Shown here: piece by piece, positions 29,571 to 38,448 of the stretch
Layout of the letters: every line of letters begins with the position of its first letter
Position numbering within the stretch: the first letter of the stretch is position 1
Source of the DNA: Pseudomonadales bacterium
Lineage (GTDB): Bacteria; Pseudomonadota; Gammaproteobacteria; Pseudomonadales; Azotimanducaceae
DNA length: 59,036 bases
Assembly (NCBI GenBank): GCA_036351675.1
Contig: JAZBPO010000255.1
Location: 1-59,036, forward strand
Reading direction: 5' to 3'
Notes under the pieces: generated by a model
Told to the model about the DNA's origin: nothing
Database searches by the model: none
The model's input: only the letters and a program-made list of their open reading frames with translations
Program-made: the position numbers and the translations under genes

Positions 29571-30953
29571 GTGACCCGTTTCCTCGTCCTCGGCCTGCTC
29601 TGCGGGCTCGCGCTCGCCGGGTCCGGGGCGGCGCGCGGCCACGAGATTCCGGGCCGGGCGGACGTCGAACTGCGCGTAGCGGACCAGGCCGAGGTGATCG
29701 GTGTCGCGGTCCGTGTCCCCCTGGGCGCCCTCCGGGACCTTTCGCTGCCGCTGCGGGCCGACGGCACGCTCGTGATCGAGGAGGCGGAGGGCCCCCTGCG
29801 CGAGGCGGCGGGACTCTGGATCGGCGACTACCTTGCCGCCGAGGCCGGCGGCCGGGCGCTGCCGCCGCCGACACTGCGCGCGGTGCGGGCCTCGCTGCCT
29901 TCCGAGCGCGGCTTCGCGGACCACGCCGCCGCCGTCGCGCATGTCACGGGCCCGGCGCTGTCCGCGGAGGCGCGCCTGCGCCCGGCGCAGGCACATCTCG
30001 ACGCGCTCTTCGAGATTCCCGTACCCGAGGCGCTGCGCGCGCGGGCGCGCACGCTCGAACCGCGCCTCTCCCATCTCGGCATCACCACGCGCATCGACCT
30101 CGCCGTGCGCACGCTGGACGGCGAACTCCGGCGCCTCGAGGTGGAGGGTTCACCCGGCCCGCTGCCCCTCGACCCCGGGGTCGGCTGGGTCGCCGGGACC
30201 TTCGTCGTCTCCGGCATCGAGCACATCCTCGGCGGCTTCGATCACCTGCTCTTCCTCGTCTGCCTCGTGCTGCCGCTCCTCGCCTGGCGCCCGCTCGTGG
30301 TCATGGTCACGGCCTTCACGGCGGGCCACACGGTCACCCTCGTCGCCGCTTCGCTCGGCTGGGCGCCGCGCGGCGCCTGGTTCCCGGCGCTCATGGAGGC
30401 GCTGATCGCGGCGTCCGTCGTCTGGCTCGCGGTCGCGAACCTCTACCGCCTCCTCGGTGGTTCGACCGAGCGCACCGCTGACGGCCGCTGGCGCCTAGCC
30501 TTCCTGTTCGGGCTCGTCCACGGTTTCGGTTTCGCGTTCATGCTCGCCGAGCGCCTGCAGTTCGCCGGCGATCAGCTGTTGCTGGCGCTCGTGTCCTTCA
30601 ATGTCGGTGTGGAGCTCGGGCAGCTGCTGTTCCTCGTCGTCGCCGTTCCGCTGCTGACGATGCTGCTCGCACGTACGCAGCGCACGCTCACGCTGGCGCT
30701 CGTCGCGGGGCTGGTGCTGCACACGGCCTGGCACTGGCTGCTCGAGCGCGCTGCGGTGTTCGCGGCCTATCCGCTCGCGCCGCCGGCCGTCGATCTCGTG
30801 CTCCTGCGCGGTACCCTGCAGGCTGCGCTCCTCGCCGTCGTCGCCTTCGTGCTCTACCGACTGCTGGCTCGCCTCGCGGCGGCTCTGCACGTCGGCGACG
30901 CGCCCGCTGGCGCTGCCGACCGAGGACTTTGCACACCGAGCGGTGGCACCTAA
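29571..30953 (+). CDS. HupE/UreJ-family membrane protein with an N-terminal extracytoplasmic domain
   Basis: A probable GTG 29571 gives the signal VTRFLVLGLLCGLALAGSGAARGHE. An approximately 200-aa soluble domain is followed by GIEHILGGFDHLLFLVCLVLPL and about six hydrophobic helices. Confidence 0.75.
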   Translation: MTRFLVLGLLCGLALAGSGAARGHEIPGRADVELRVADQAEVIGVAVRVPLGALRDLSLPLRADGTLVIEEAEGPLREAAGLWIGDYLAAEAGGRALPPPTLRAVRASLPSERGFADHAAAVAHVTGPALSAEARLRPAQAHLDALFEIPVPEALRARARTLEPRLSHLGITTRIDLAVRTLDGELRRLEVEGSPGPLPLDPGVGWVAGTFVVSGIEHILGGFDHLLFLVCLVLPLLAWRPLVVMVTAFTAGHTVTLVAASLGWAPRGAWFPALMEALIAASVVWLAVANLYRLLGGSTERTADGRWRLAFLFGLVHGFGFAFMLAERLQFAGDQLLLALVSFNVGVELGQLLFLVVAVPLLTMLLARTQRTLTLALVAGLVLHTAWHWLLERAAVFAAYPLAPPAVDLVLLRGTLQAALLAVVAFVLYRLLARLAAALHVGDAPAGAADRGLCTPSGGT

Positions 30954-30984
30954 GCTGCATCTGCTCAATCCTGGGAGGGACGTG

Positions 30985-32007
30985 ATGATCCAGCACCGCA
31001 CCGTGCGAGCCCTGCTCGCGTCGACCTTCATCGCCGCGGCGGCGACTGCCGTCGCCATGCATCCCGACAGCAACCCCTTCGACGCCCAGCCCGGCTGGGG
31101 TGATCTGCCGGGCGGACGCATGTGGGGCTCGACTTCGGCCATCTATCCGGCGCCGGACGGCCAGAGCATCTGGGTGGGTGAACGCTGTGGCGCGAACACC
31201 TGCGTCGACCGGCCCGACCTCGATCCGATCCTGCACTTCGACCTGGAAGGCAGGCTGCTCGGCAGCTTCGGTGCAGGTCTCATCGTCTGGCCCCACGGCC
31301 TGTTCGTGGACGACGAGGGCAACGTCTGGGTGGCCGACGCGCGCGGGGACGGCGAGCGCGGCCATCAGGTGTGGAAGTTCAGCCCCGAGGGCGAGGTGCT
31401 CATGACGCTCGGTACGAAGGGCGTCGCCGGCGAGGGTGACTACGTGTTCGACCAGCCCTCCGACGTGTACGTGGCGCCGGACGGTTCGATCTTCGTCGCC
31501 GACGGCCACGGCCGCGGCAACAACAACCGCATCGTGAAGTACGACGCCGAGGGCACCTATCTGATGGAGTGGGGCGGCACCGGGGGCGAGGACGGCCAGT
31601 TTCGCGACCCGCACGCGCTCGCCATGGATTCCGAGGGACGCCTCTACGTCGGCGACCGCGCCAACAACCGGATCCAGGTCTTCACGCAGGACGGGGAGCA
31701 CCTCGACACCTGGCATCAGTTCGGCCGTCCGTCCGGGATCTTCATCGACGAGAACGACGTCATCTACGTCGTCGACTCCGAGTCGAACCGCACCTGGGGC
31801 AACAACCCCGGCTTCAAGCGCGGCATGCGCATCGGCGATATCGCCGACGCCGTGGTCGACCACTTCATCCCCGATCCGTTCCCGGGCGATCCGAGCGCGC
31901 CGGGCGTCAGCACGACCTTTGCCGAAGGCGTGGCCGTGGATGCCCAGGGCAACGTCTACGGCGCCGAGGTGGGCCCGGAGCAGGTCGTGAAGTACACGCC
32001 GCGCTGA
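30985..32007 (+). CDS. NHL-repeat beta-propeller protein (amidating lyase-like), signal peptide; paralog-like to 28312..29490
   Basis: ATG 30985 follows GGGAGGGA. The leader is MIQHRTVRALLASTFIAAAATAVA. Blades include NNRIVKYDAEG, GQFRDPHALAMDSEGRLYVGDRANNRIQVF. Confidence 0.75.
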   Translation: MIQHRTVRALLASTFIAAAATAVAMHPDSNPFDAQPGWGDLPGGRMWGSTSAIYPAPDGQSIWVGERCGANTCVDRPDLDPILHFDLEGRLLGSFGAGLIVWPHGLFVDDEGNVWVADARGDGERGHQVWKFSPEGEVLMTLGTKGVAGEGDYVFDQPSDVYVAPDGSIFVADGHGRGNNNRIVKYDAEGTYLMEWGGTGGEDGQFRDPHALAMDSEGRLYVGDRANNRIQVFTQDGEHLDTWHQFGRPSGIFIDENDVIYVVDSESNRTWGNNPGFKRGMRIGDIADAVVDHFIPDPFPGDPSAPGVSTTFAEGVAVDAQGNVYGAEVGPEQVVKYTPR

Positions 32008-32115
32008 GGCCGCCGCCCATGGCCGCACCACCGGTGCGGCCATGACCTGACGGGTCATGGTCGTCGGGGTCCGCGCGTTCCAGGATCCCGCCAGCGCAAC
32101 GGAGCGGGGGTGGGC

Positions 32116-32472
32116 ATGAACGCATTCAGGATCTATCTGGTGATGGTGGTGCTGGTGATCGGCGCCTACACGGCCGTGGTCGTCGCGAACCACGGCCTGG
32201 GACTGCTGCAGGTGTTCTTCGCGGACATGGCGAAGATGGCCTGGCCCGGGCAGTTCAACCTCGATTTCATGGCTTTCCTGTCCTTCTCGGCGCTCTGGCT
32301 CGCCTGGCGCCATCACTTCTCCCCGGCCGGCCTCGCGCTCGGCGTCGCCGGGTTCCTCCTCGGCGCTCCGTTTCTCGCGGTCTATCTGCTCTTGACGCTG
32401 CAGCGCACGGGTGAGGACGTGGCGGCGCTACTGCTCGGGCCGGAGCGGGCTGCGGCGATCAGGGCATCCTGA
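32116..32472 (+). CDS. Small integral membrane protein (about 4 TM)
   Basis: MNAFRIYLVMVVLVIGAYTAVVVA..., hydrophobic throughout. The start is GTG 32110 or ATG 32116. Confidence 0.6.
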   Translation: MNAFRIYLVMVVLVIGAYTAVVVANHGLGLLQVFFADMAKMAWPGQFNLDFMAFLSFSALWLAWRHHFSPAGLALGVAGFLLGAPFLAVYLLLTLQRTGEDVAALLLGPERAAAIRAS

Positions 32473-32507
32473 TCCGGCCCTGGCATCGCCACTGCGGCAG
32501 GGCGGAC

Positions 32508-32753
32508 TCAGCGGTCGTGCGCAGCGAGGATGACCTTCACGGCCGCCCGCGTCGCGAGGCGATCCTCCTCCTCGTGCGGTCGGCCGTCGGGCGCCGTGAT
32601 CTGTGCGCACCACACCCCTTCGCTCCAGGAGAGGTCGACGTCGTAGCGGTCCATGAGCGCGCGGCAACGAGCGTCGTCGCGGATCGCCTCGAAGCCTTCC
32701 GGGTCCGCGCCGACCACGCGCGCGAGGCGCGCGTTGAGGGCTGCGTCGCTCAC
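32508..32753 (-). CDS. 81-aa hypothetical protein translationally coupled to the HslV-like gene
   Basis: The GTG start overlaps the upstream stop (GTGA at 32750-32753). Translation is VSDAALNARLARVVGADPEGFEAIRDDARCRALMDRYDVDLSW..., with high GC3. Confidence 0.45.
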   Translation of the reverse strand: MSDAALNARLARVVGADPEGFEAIRDDARCRALMDRYDVDLSWSEGVWCAQITAPDGRPHEEEDRLATRAAVKVILAAHDR

Positions 32754-33334
32754 CGCCGGGCGCCTTTCAGGCGCACGGTCTCGACGTTGATGGGCGCACC
32801 ACAGTAGAGATCGAGGTCGATGGCCGCCGCCACGGCCCGGCGGGCGATCTCCTCCGCCGAGAGCTCCGAATCCCAGAGCGCGTGTACGGCCCCCATGGCC
32901 ACGGAGGCGCCGGAGCCGATCGCGAAGTAGCGCTGGAACGTGGTCACGGACAGATCCGAGGCGACGTGGAACAGGCCGCCGGGGCTCGCGACCAGGAAGG
33001 TCGAGTCGAGATCGCCGAAGGGCGAGTCGTGGTCGTCGGGCTGATCCTTCACGAAGGAATAGCGGTCGTGGAGCTGGTTCCACAGATCGTTGAAGAAGCG
33101 GAACACGGCCGGTGACGTCGCGAGCGACGGCATGCGCTTCCGACCCCCGAGCCAGTCGTCGAGGATGTTCGAGTACAGCGACCAGCCGGTGGCGGCGAGC
33201 CAGGCCTGGCCCACCCGGCGCATCTTCCGATCCGCGAGATTATCGGTGGGCATCTTCTCGCCGCCGAAATGGATCATCGAGTCGGTGGCGAGAGCGAGGC
33301 GGCGGTCCTTGAGGACGGCGACGGCGACGGACAT
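32750..33334 (-). CDS. HslV/proteasome beta-subunit-like Ntn hydrolase with Ser at the nucleophile position
   Basis: By eye it aligns to E. coli HslV. (M)SVAVAVLKDRRLALATDS matches TTIVSVRRNGHVVIAGDG, RKMRRV matches KKVRRL, and FAIGSGASVAMGAVHAL matches IAIGSGGPYAQAAARAL. Confidence 0.7.
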   Translation of the reverse strand: MSVAVAVLKDRRLALATDSMIHFGGEKMPTDNLADRKMRRVGQAWLAATGWSLYSNILDDWLGGRKRMPSLATSPAVFRFFNDLWNQLHDRYSFVKDQPDDHDSPFGDLDSTFLVASPGGLFHVASDLSVTTFQRYFAIGSGASVAMGAVHALWDSELSAEEIARRAVAAAIDLDLYCGAPINVETVRLKGARR

Positions 33335-33358
33335 GGGTGGACTCTCTCGGTGCGGGCG

Positions 33359-34132
33359 TCAGGCGCCGGGCGGCAGTACGGGGCGGTAGATCGGGAACGC
33401 GTCCCGCGACAGAGCCCAGTCGTGCAGGGCGGCGACGGAGCCGAGGTCGACGAGCGTCGCGAGCTGGCGCTCGGTCACGGCCATGAGGCCGAAGTCCCCG
33501 GCGGCATGGCGTTCGAGGGCCTGGCGCGGCGTGATCCAGAGGCTGTCGACGGTCTCCTTGTCGTCGTGGAGACCGGCCTGGCGCGCTGGCGCCTCGGCGA
33601 TGAAGAAGCGCGTGTCGAAGCGGCGCGGGCGTCCGAGCGGCGTCACCCAGCGATTGAAGAAGTGGACGTGGTCGCAGGCGAGCGTGAGCTGCTCCTGCCG
33701 ACACAACTCGAGCAGATCGAGGCGCCCCTCGTGCACGTCGTGGCGCAGCGCATCGAAGCGTGCCTCCTCGTCTTCGTCGGCCCACTCCTTCAGGCGCCCC
33801 TCGGCGTCATAGGCGAGCAGCAGGCCCGATTCCTCGAAGGTCTCGCGGATCGCCGCGATCCAGAAGCCGCGCCATTCGTTGCCGAGCGCCCGGACCTGGG
33901 CGGCCTGGGCCTCGTTCGGTCCGGTGCGGAAGGGGTCCCAGGCATGGAGGTGGTCGTCGGACTCGACGCGCCCGCCGGGGAACACGTACATGCCCCCGGC
34001 GAAGGAAGCGCCCTGGGTCCGGCGCAGCATGAAGACCTCCATCTCGACCACGCCGTCGCGGTCGAAGTCCCCGTCGCGGGCGATGATGACGGTGGCGGCG
34101 GGGCGGATCGGCTGGACGGGCGCTGCGGACAC
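33359..34132 (-). CDS. NUDIX hydrolase
   Basis: YVFPGGRVE ... AIRETFEESGLLL forms the Nudix box region. The likely start is GTG 34132, preceded by GGAG. The ORF extension to 34210 would overrun the divergent gene start. Confidence 0.75.
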   Translation of the reverse strand: MSAAPVQPIRPAATVIIARDGDFDRDGVVEMEVFMLRRTQGASFAGGMYVFPGGRVESDDHLHAWDPFRTGPNEAQAAQVRALGNEWRGFWIAAIRETFEESGLLLAYDAEGRLKEWADEDEEARFDALRHDVHEGRLDLLELCRQEQLTLACDHVHFFNRWVTPLGRPRRFDTRFFIAEAPARQAGLHDDKETVDSLWITPRQALERHAAGDFGLMAVTERQLATLVDLGSVAALHDWALSRDAFPIYRPVLPPGA

Positions 34133-34197
34133 GGAGATCTCCTCGGCTGAGCTGCGCCGGGCACTATACTGGCTCGCGGGAGAGGAGGGAGACACGC

Positions 34198-35424
34198 ATG
34201 AACACTGCAAGCCTGGCCGCAGCCGGCCTGAACGCCGCGCAGCTCGATCGCATCCGAACGCACCTCGAGGAGCGCTATCTGAAGCCCGGCAAGGTCGCCG
34301 GCTTCCTGCCCCTCGTGTACCGGCGCGGCGAGATCGCGTACTGCGAACCCATGGGGCTCATGGACATCGAACGCGGCAAGCCGGTGCGCGAGGACACGAT
34401 CTGGCGCATCTACTCCATGTCCAAGCCGATCACTTCCGTGGCGCTCATGCAGCTCTACGAGCAGGGCCACTTCCAGCTGAGCGACGCCGTCGATCGCTGG
34501 CTGCCCGAGTTCAGGGATCTGCGCGTCTATCGCTCCGGCGTCTACCCGAACTTCCTGACGGATCCCTGCGAACGGCGCATGACCGTGAAGGATCTGCTCA
34601 CGCACATGAGCGGGCTCACCTACGACTTCATGGTCGCCACGAACGTGGACGCGGCCTATCGCAAGGCCGGGGTACGGCTCGAGAAGAAGTCCGGGACCCT
34701 CGACGACATGGCGCACATCCTCTCGCGCCTGCCGCTCGAGTTCTCGCCGGGGACGTCCTGGAACTACTCCGTGGCGACGGACGTCTGCGGCCTGCTCGTC
34801 CAGCGCATGAGCGGTCAGCGCTTCGACGAGTACCTGCAGGAGCACCTGTTCGGGCCCCTCGGCATGGTCGACACGGGCTTCTCCGTGCCCGAGGACAAGC
34901 TCGACCGCTTCGCCGCCAACTACCAGCGCGGGCCCGACAAGGGGCTCCAGCTCATCGACGACCCCATGGACTCGCCCTACGGCGGCGAGGTGACCTTCTT
35001 CTCCGGCGGCGGCGGCCTCGTCTCCACGGCCCACGACTATCTGCGCTTCTGCCGCATGCTGCTCGGTGGCGGCACGCTCGACGGCGTGCGCGTCATGGGC
35101 CGCAAGACCATCGAGCTCATGAGCGCGAACCATCTGCCGAACGGCGACGACCTCACGAAGTGGGCGCGCGGGACCTTCAGCGAGACCACCTACGAGGGTT
35201 ACGGCTTCGGCCTCGGCTTCTCCGTGAACCTCGGGCCCGGGCCGACCGCGACCGCGGGCTCGCTCGGCGAGATCGCCTGGGGTGGCGCGGCGAGCACGAT
35301 CTTCTGGGTCGATCCGGCGGAGGACCTGGCGGTGATCCTCATGACCCAGTTCATGCCCTCCGGGACCTTCAACTTCCGCGGGCAGATGAAGTCGCTCGTG
35401 TATCCGGCGATCGAGCCGGAGTGA
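34198..35424 (+). CDS. Serine hydrolase, beta-lactamase / PBP4-like family (class C-type fold)
   Basis: SxxK motif YSMSKPITS. The product is 408 aa, with a strong RBS (GGAGGGAGA). Confidence 0.85.
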   Translation: MNTASLAAAGLNAAQLDRIRTHLEERYLKPGKVAGFLPLVYRRGEIAYCEPMGLMDIERGKPVREDTIWRIYSMSKPITSVALMQLYEQGHFQLSDAVDRWLPEFRDLRVYRSGVYPNFLTDPCERRMTVKDLLTHMSGLTYDFMVATNVDAAYRKAGVRLEKKSGTLDDMAHILSRLPLEFSPGTSWNYSVATDVCGLLVQRMSGQRFDEYLQEHLFGPLGMVDTGFSVPEDKLDRFAANYQRGPDKGLQLIDDPMDSPYGGEVTFFSGGGGLVSTAHDYLRFCRMLLGGGTLDGVRVMGRKTIELMSANHLPNGDDLTKWARGTFSETTYEGYGFGLGFSVNLGPGPTATAGSLGEIAWGGAASTIFWVDPAEDLAVILMTQFMPSGTFNFRGQMKSLVYPAIEPE

Positions 35425-35431
35425 GTCGCGC

Positions 35432-36196
35432 ATGACCAGCACGATCGTCGATGCCTGGCGCGCCGGGCAGCGCCGCCTGGGGTTGTGGACCAACCTCGCC
35501 GACGCGCACGCGACGGAGGTGCTCGCGCATGCGGGGTGCGACTGGATCTGCATCGACCTCCAGCACGGCCTCGCCGAGATCGGCGATCTGCAGCGCATGC
35601 TCCCGGGCGTGGAGAAGAGCCCGGCGGCGCCGGTCGTGCGCGTACGCGCGAACGCGTCGGACCAGATCGGCCGCGTCCTGGATCTCGGCGCGGCCGGCGT
35701 GATCGTGCCCATGGTCAGCACCGTGGCCGAGGCGCGTGCGGCCGCCGAGGCCTGCCGTTTCCCGCCGCGCGGCGCGCGCTCCTGCGGGCCCGTGCGCGCG
35801 GCCATGCACGACGGCGGCTACCTCGGCACGGCCGACGACTCGGTCGCCTGCATCGTGATGATCGAGACCGCGGAGGGGCTCGCGAGCGTCGAGGCGATCG
35901 CCGCGACCGAGGGCGTGGACGCGCTCTTCGTCGGGCCGTTCGATCTGAGCTACGCGATCGGCGTCGGGCCGGCTGGCATGGCGTCCGAGGCCTTCGCCGA
36001 GGCGCTGGCGAGGATCCGGGCTGCCGCGGCCGCCGCTGGCAAGCCGGCCGGCATCTTCGGCGCGAGTGCGCGGGCGGCGGCGCATGCCCTGGGCGAAGGC
36101 TTCGCCTTCGCGAGCGTCGGCGTGGACGTGAATCTGCTTCGCGCCGAAGCCGTGCGCGCGCTGGCACTCGCGCGAGGTGACGAGACCGCGTCGTGA
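35432..36196 (+). CDS. HpcH/HpaI aldolase/citrate-lyase family protein (cytoplasmic)
   Basis: Motifs are CDWICIDLQHG and VRVRANASDQIGRVLDLGAAGVIVPMV. A GTGA overlap couples it to the next gene. Confidence 0.85.
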   Translation: MTSTIVDAWRAGQRRLGLWTNLADAHATEVLAHAGCDWICIDLQHGLAEIGDLQRMLPGVEKSPAAPVVRVRANASDQIGRVLDLGAAGVIVPMVSTVAEARAAAEACRFPPRGARSCGPVRAAMHDGGYLGTADDSVACIVMIETAEGLASVEAIAATEGVDALFVGPFDLSYAIGVGPAGMASEAFAEALARIRAAAAAAGKPAGIFGASARAAAHALGEGFAFASVGVDVNLLRAEAVRALALARGDETAS

Positions 36197-37638
36197 GCGA
36201 CCGCCCGAACATCCTGCTGTTCATGCCCGACCAGCTCCGGGCCGATGCGCTCGGCTGCTTCGGCAGCGCCGTGGCGCGTACGCCGAACGTGGACGCGCTC
36301 GCGGCGCGCGGCACGCGTTTCACGAACGCCTGGGTGAACCACCCCGTGTGCTCGCCCTCGCGCGTCAGCCTGATGACGGGGTGGTATCCGCACGTCCGCG
36401 GGCACCGCACGCTCACCCATCTGGTGCAGCCGCACGAGCCGAACCTGCTCCGCTATCTGAAGGACGCCGGCTATCACGTCGCCTTCGCCGGCGCGCGCGG
36501 CGACGTCTTCGCCCCGGGCGTCACGGAGGCGAGTACGGACTTCTGCGGCTGGACCGTGAAGCCCGACCGGACGCAGATGAGCATGGGGCCGCAGCATCCG
36601 GAGGGCTCACCGCAGTATCACGCCTTCCTGCACGGCCGCCGCGGCGACGACGTCTGGCTCGACTTCGACGAGGCAGTGACGCGCACGGCCCTCGACTTCC
36701 TCGGGGCGGCGCCGCGCGAGCCCTTCTTCCTGTGGATGCCGATGATCTTTCCGCATCTCCCCTTCGAGGTGGAGGGGCCCTGGTACGACGCCTTCGATCC
36801 GGCGCTCATGCCGGCACCCGTCCCGCCACGCGTGGGCAAGGCGCGCTTCCAGCGCGTGATCCACGAACGGGCACACCTCGATCGCCTCGCGCTCGCGGAC
36901 TGGCAGGAGATCGCGCGCATCTATCACGCCATGACGGCGCGCGTGGACGACCAGTTCGGGCGCGTGCTGAGGGCGCTCGAGGCCGCGAGGCGCCTGGAAG
37001 ACACGGTCGTGATCTTCATGACCGACCACGGCGAGTATCTCGGTGACTTCGGCCTCGTGGAGAAGTGGCCCGCGGGGCTGGAGCCCTGCCTGACGCGCAA
37101 TCCGCTCGTGGTCGCCGGCCCCGGCGTCGCCGAGGGGCGCGTGTGCGATGCGCTCGTGGAGATGGTGGATCTGCTGCCGACCTGCCTGGAACTCGCTCAC
37201 ACGGACCCTCGGCACACGCACTTCGGGCGCTCCCTCGCGCCGCTTTTCGTGGACCCGGCCGCGTCCTGGGGGCGGACGGCGGCGTTCACGGAAGGCGGCT
37301 TCGCACGGGCCGATGCGCATCTGTTCGAGGAGGCCGGCGGCGAGTACGCCCTCAAGGCCGGCCTGCAGCGCGAGGATCCCGCGCTCGTGGGCAAGTGCGT
37401 CGCCATGCGCACGCACGACTGGACCTACGTGCACCGCCTCGGTGATGCGCCCGAGCTCTACGACCGTCGCGTCGATCCGGAGGAACTCGACAATCTGTTG
37501 CCTGCCGGCTCGGCGGCTCACCTCGAACAGGCCCAGTGCATGCGTGCGGGGCTGCTCGACTGGCAGATCGAGACCTCCGACGTCATTCCCTGGGAAGCGG
37601 ACCCGCGTTTTCCTAGCATCCCGCAGGGCTTCCGCTAG
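36193..37638 (+). CDS. Sulfatase (Cys-type, formylglycine-dependent), no signal peptide
   Basis: NILLFMPDQLRAD and CSPSRVSLMTG (the C-x-P-x-R motif) are present. FMTDHGE is also present. Confidence 0.9.
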   Translation: MSDRPNILLFMPDQLRADALGCFGSAVARTPNVDALAARGTRFTNAWVNHPVCSPSRVSLMTGWYPHVRGHRTLTHLVQPHEPNLLRYLKDAGYHVAFAGARGDVFAPGVTEASTDFCGWTVKPDRTQMSMGPQHPEGSPQYHAFLHGRRGDDVWLDFDEAVTRTALDFLGAAPREPFFLWMPMIFPHLPFEVEGPWYDAFDPALMPAPVPPRVGKARFQRVIHERAHLDRLALADWQEIARIYHAMTARVDDQFGRVLRALEAARRLEDTVVIFMTDHGEYLGDFGLVEKWPAGLEPCLTRNPLVVAGPGVAEGRVCDALVEMVDLLPTCLELAHTDPRHTHFGRSLAPLFVDPAASWGRTAAFTEGGFARADAHLFEEAGGEYALKAGLQREDPALVGKCVAMRTHDWTYVHRLGDAPELYDRRVDPEELDNLLPAGSAAHLEQAQCMRAGLLDWQIETSDVIPWEADPRFPSIPQGFR

Positions 37639-37708
37639 GGAAGCTCTCCACGACTCGTGCGGCGCTGCACTCGGTCAGGTGCTCGCCTCGGGAAGCCAGC
37701 CCCGGCGC

Positions 37709-38266
37709 TCAGGCCTCGAGCTGCTCCGCGAGCCAGTCCCGCGCCGCACGCCATTCCCGGCGGACCGTGCGCTCGGACAGGCCGAGGGCGGCGGCGGTCT
37801 CGCCCTCCGTCATGCCGGCGAAGTAGCGGGCGTCGACGATCCGGAGCCAGCGCGGATTCTCGTCCTCCAGGCGCTCGAGCAACTGCCCGATGGCCACGAG
37901 CTGCTCCGGGGTCTCGCCGAACTCCGGGAGCAGGGCCTCGGAGCCCTCGAGCGGCACGTTCGCACGGCCGGAGCCCCGCTTCGCGGTCAGGCGGGCGCGG
38001 GCGTGGTCGACGATCACCTGACGCATGGCGAGGCTCGCCGTGCGCAGGAAGTGCTCCTGTGACTGCCAGACAGTGCGGCCGCTGAGCTTCAGGAAACTCT
38101 CGTGGAGCAGGTCGCTCGTGAGCATCGTGTCGCCGACGTCGGCGCGCCGGCGGCGCGTGCGGGCGAGCCCGAGCAGCGTGTCGTAGGCGGACTCCATCAG
38201 CCCTTCCGCGACCTCGCGCTCGTCCGGGCGATAGCGCTCGAGGGCCTCGTCTCCGGGCTCACTCAT
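37709..38266 (-). CDS. ECF-type RNA polymerase sigma factor (second TIGR02999-like copy)
   Basis: LLHESFLKL, VIVDHARARLTAKRG and the region-4 HTH MTEGETAAALGLSERTVRREWRAARDWL are present. Confidence 0.85.
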   Translation of the reverse strand: MSEPGDEALERYRPDEREVAEGLMESAYDTLLGLARTRRRRADVGDTMLTSDLLHESFLKLSGRTVWQSQEHFLRTASLAMRQVIVDHARARLTAKRGSGRANVPLEGSEALLPEFGETPEQLVAIGQLLERLEDENPRWLRIVDARYFAGMTEGETAAALGLSERTVRREWRAARDWLAEQLEA

Positions 38267-38448
38267 CTCGTCGAGATCCCCTTCCTCGATGACGGGGCGA
38301 CGACCGTTCGTCCGACGGTCTGCTTTCGGGGGCCCCCGTCTGGCCGGTTTCGCCCGTCGCTCTCGTTAGGGCTTGTGTAGTTCGAAGACCGACCAGGCCA
38401 CGCGGCGACCGCGATGCGATCGCGACGCGGCCTGCAGGGGAGTAGACC

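Noticed and set aside
30688-32316. 542-aa minus-strand ORF. The same applies to similar shadows at 9080..10072, 20873..22297, 39475..40776, 40403..41644, 41496..42956, 42986..44419, 51118..52584 and 54457..55983.
   Set aside because: Each is antisense to, or out of frame with, a gene that has clear family motifs. All have the R/A/G/P/D/E-biased composition of shadow frames.
33790-35805. 671-aa minus-strand ORF.
   Set aside because: It overlaps the serine hydrolase (SxxK motif), the aldolase start and part of the NUDIX gene in another frame. It has no motifs.
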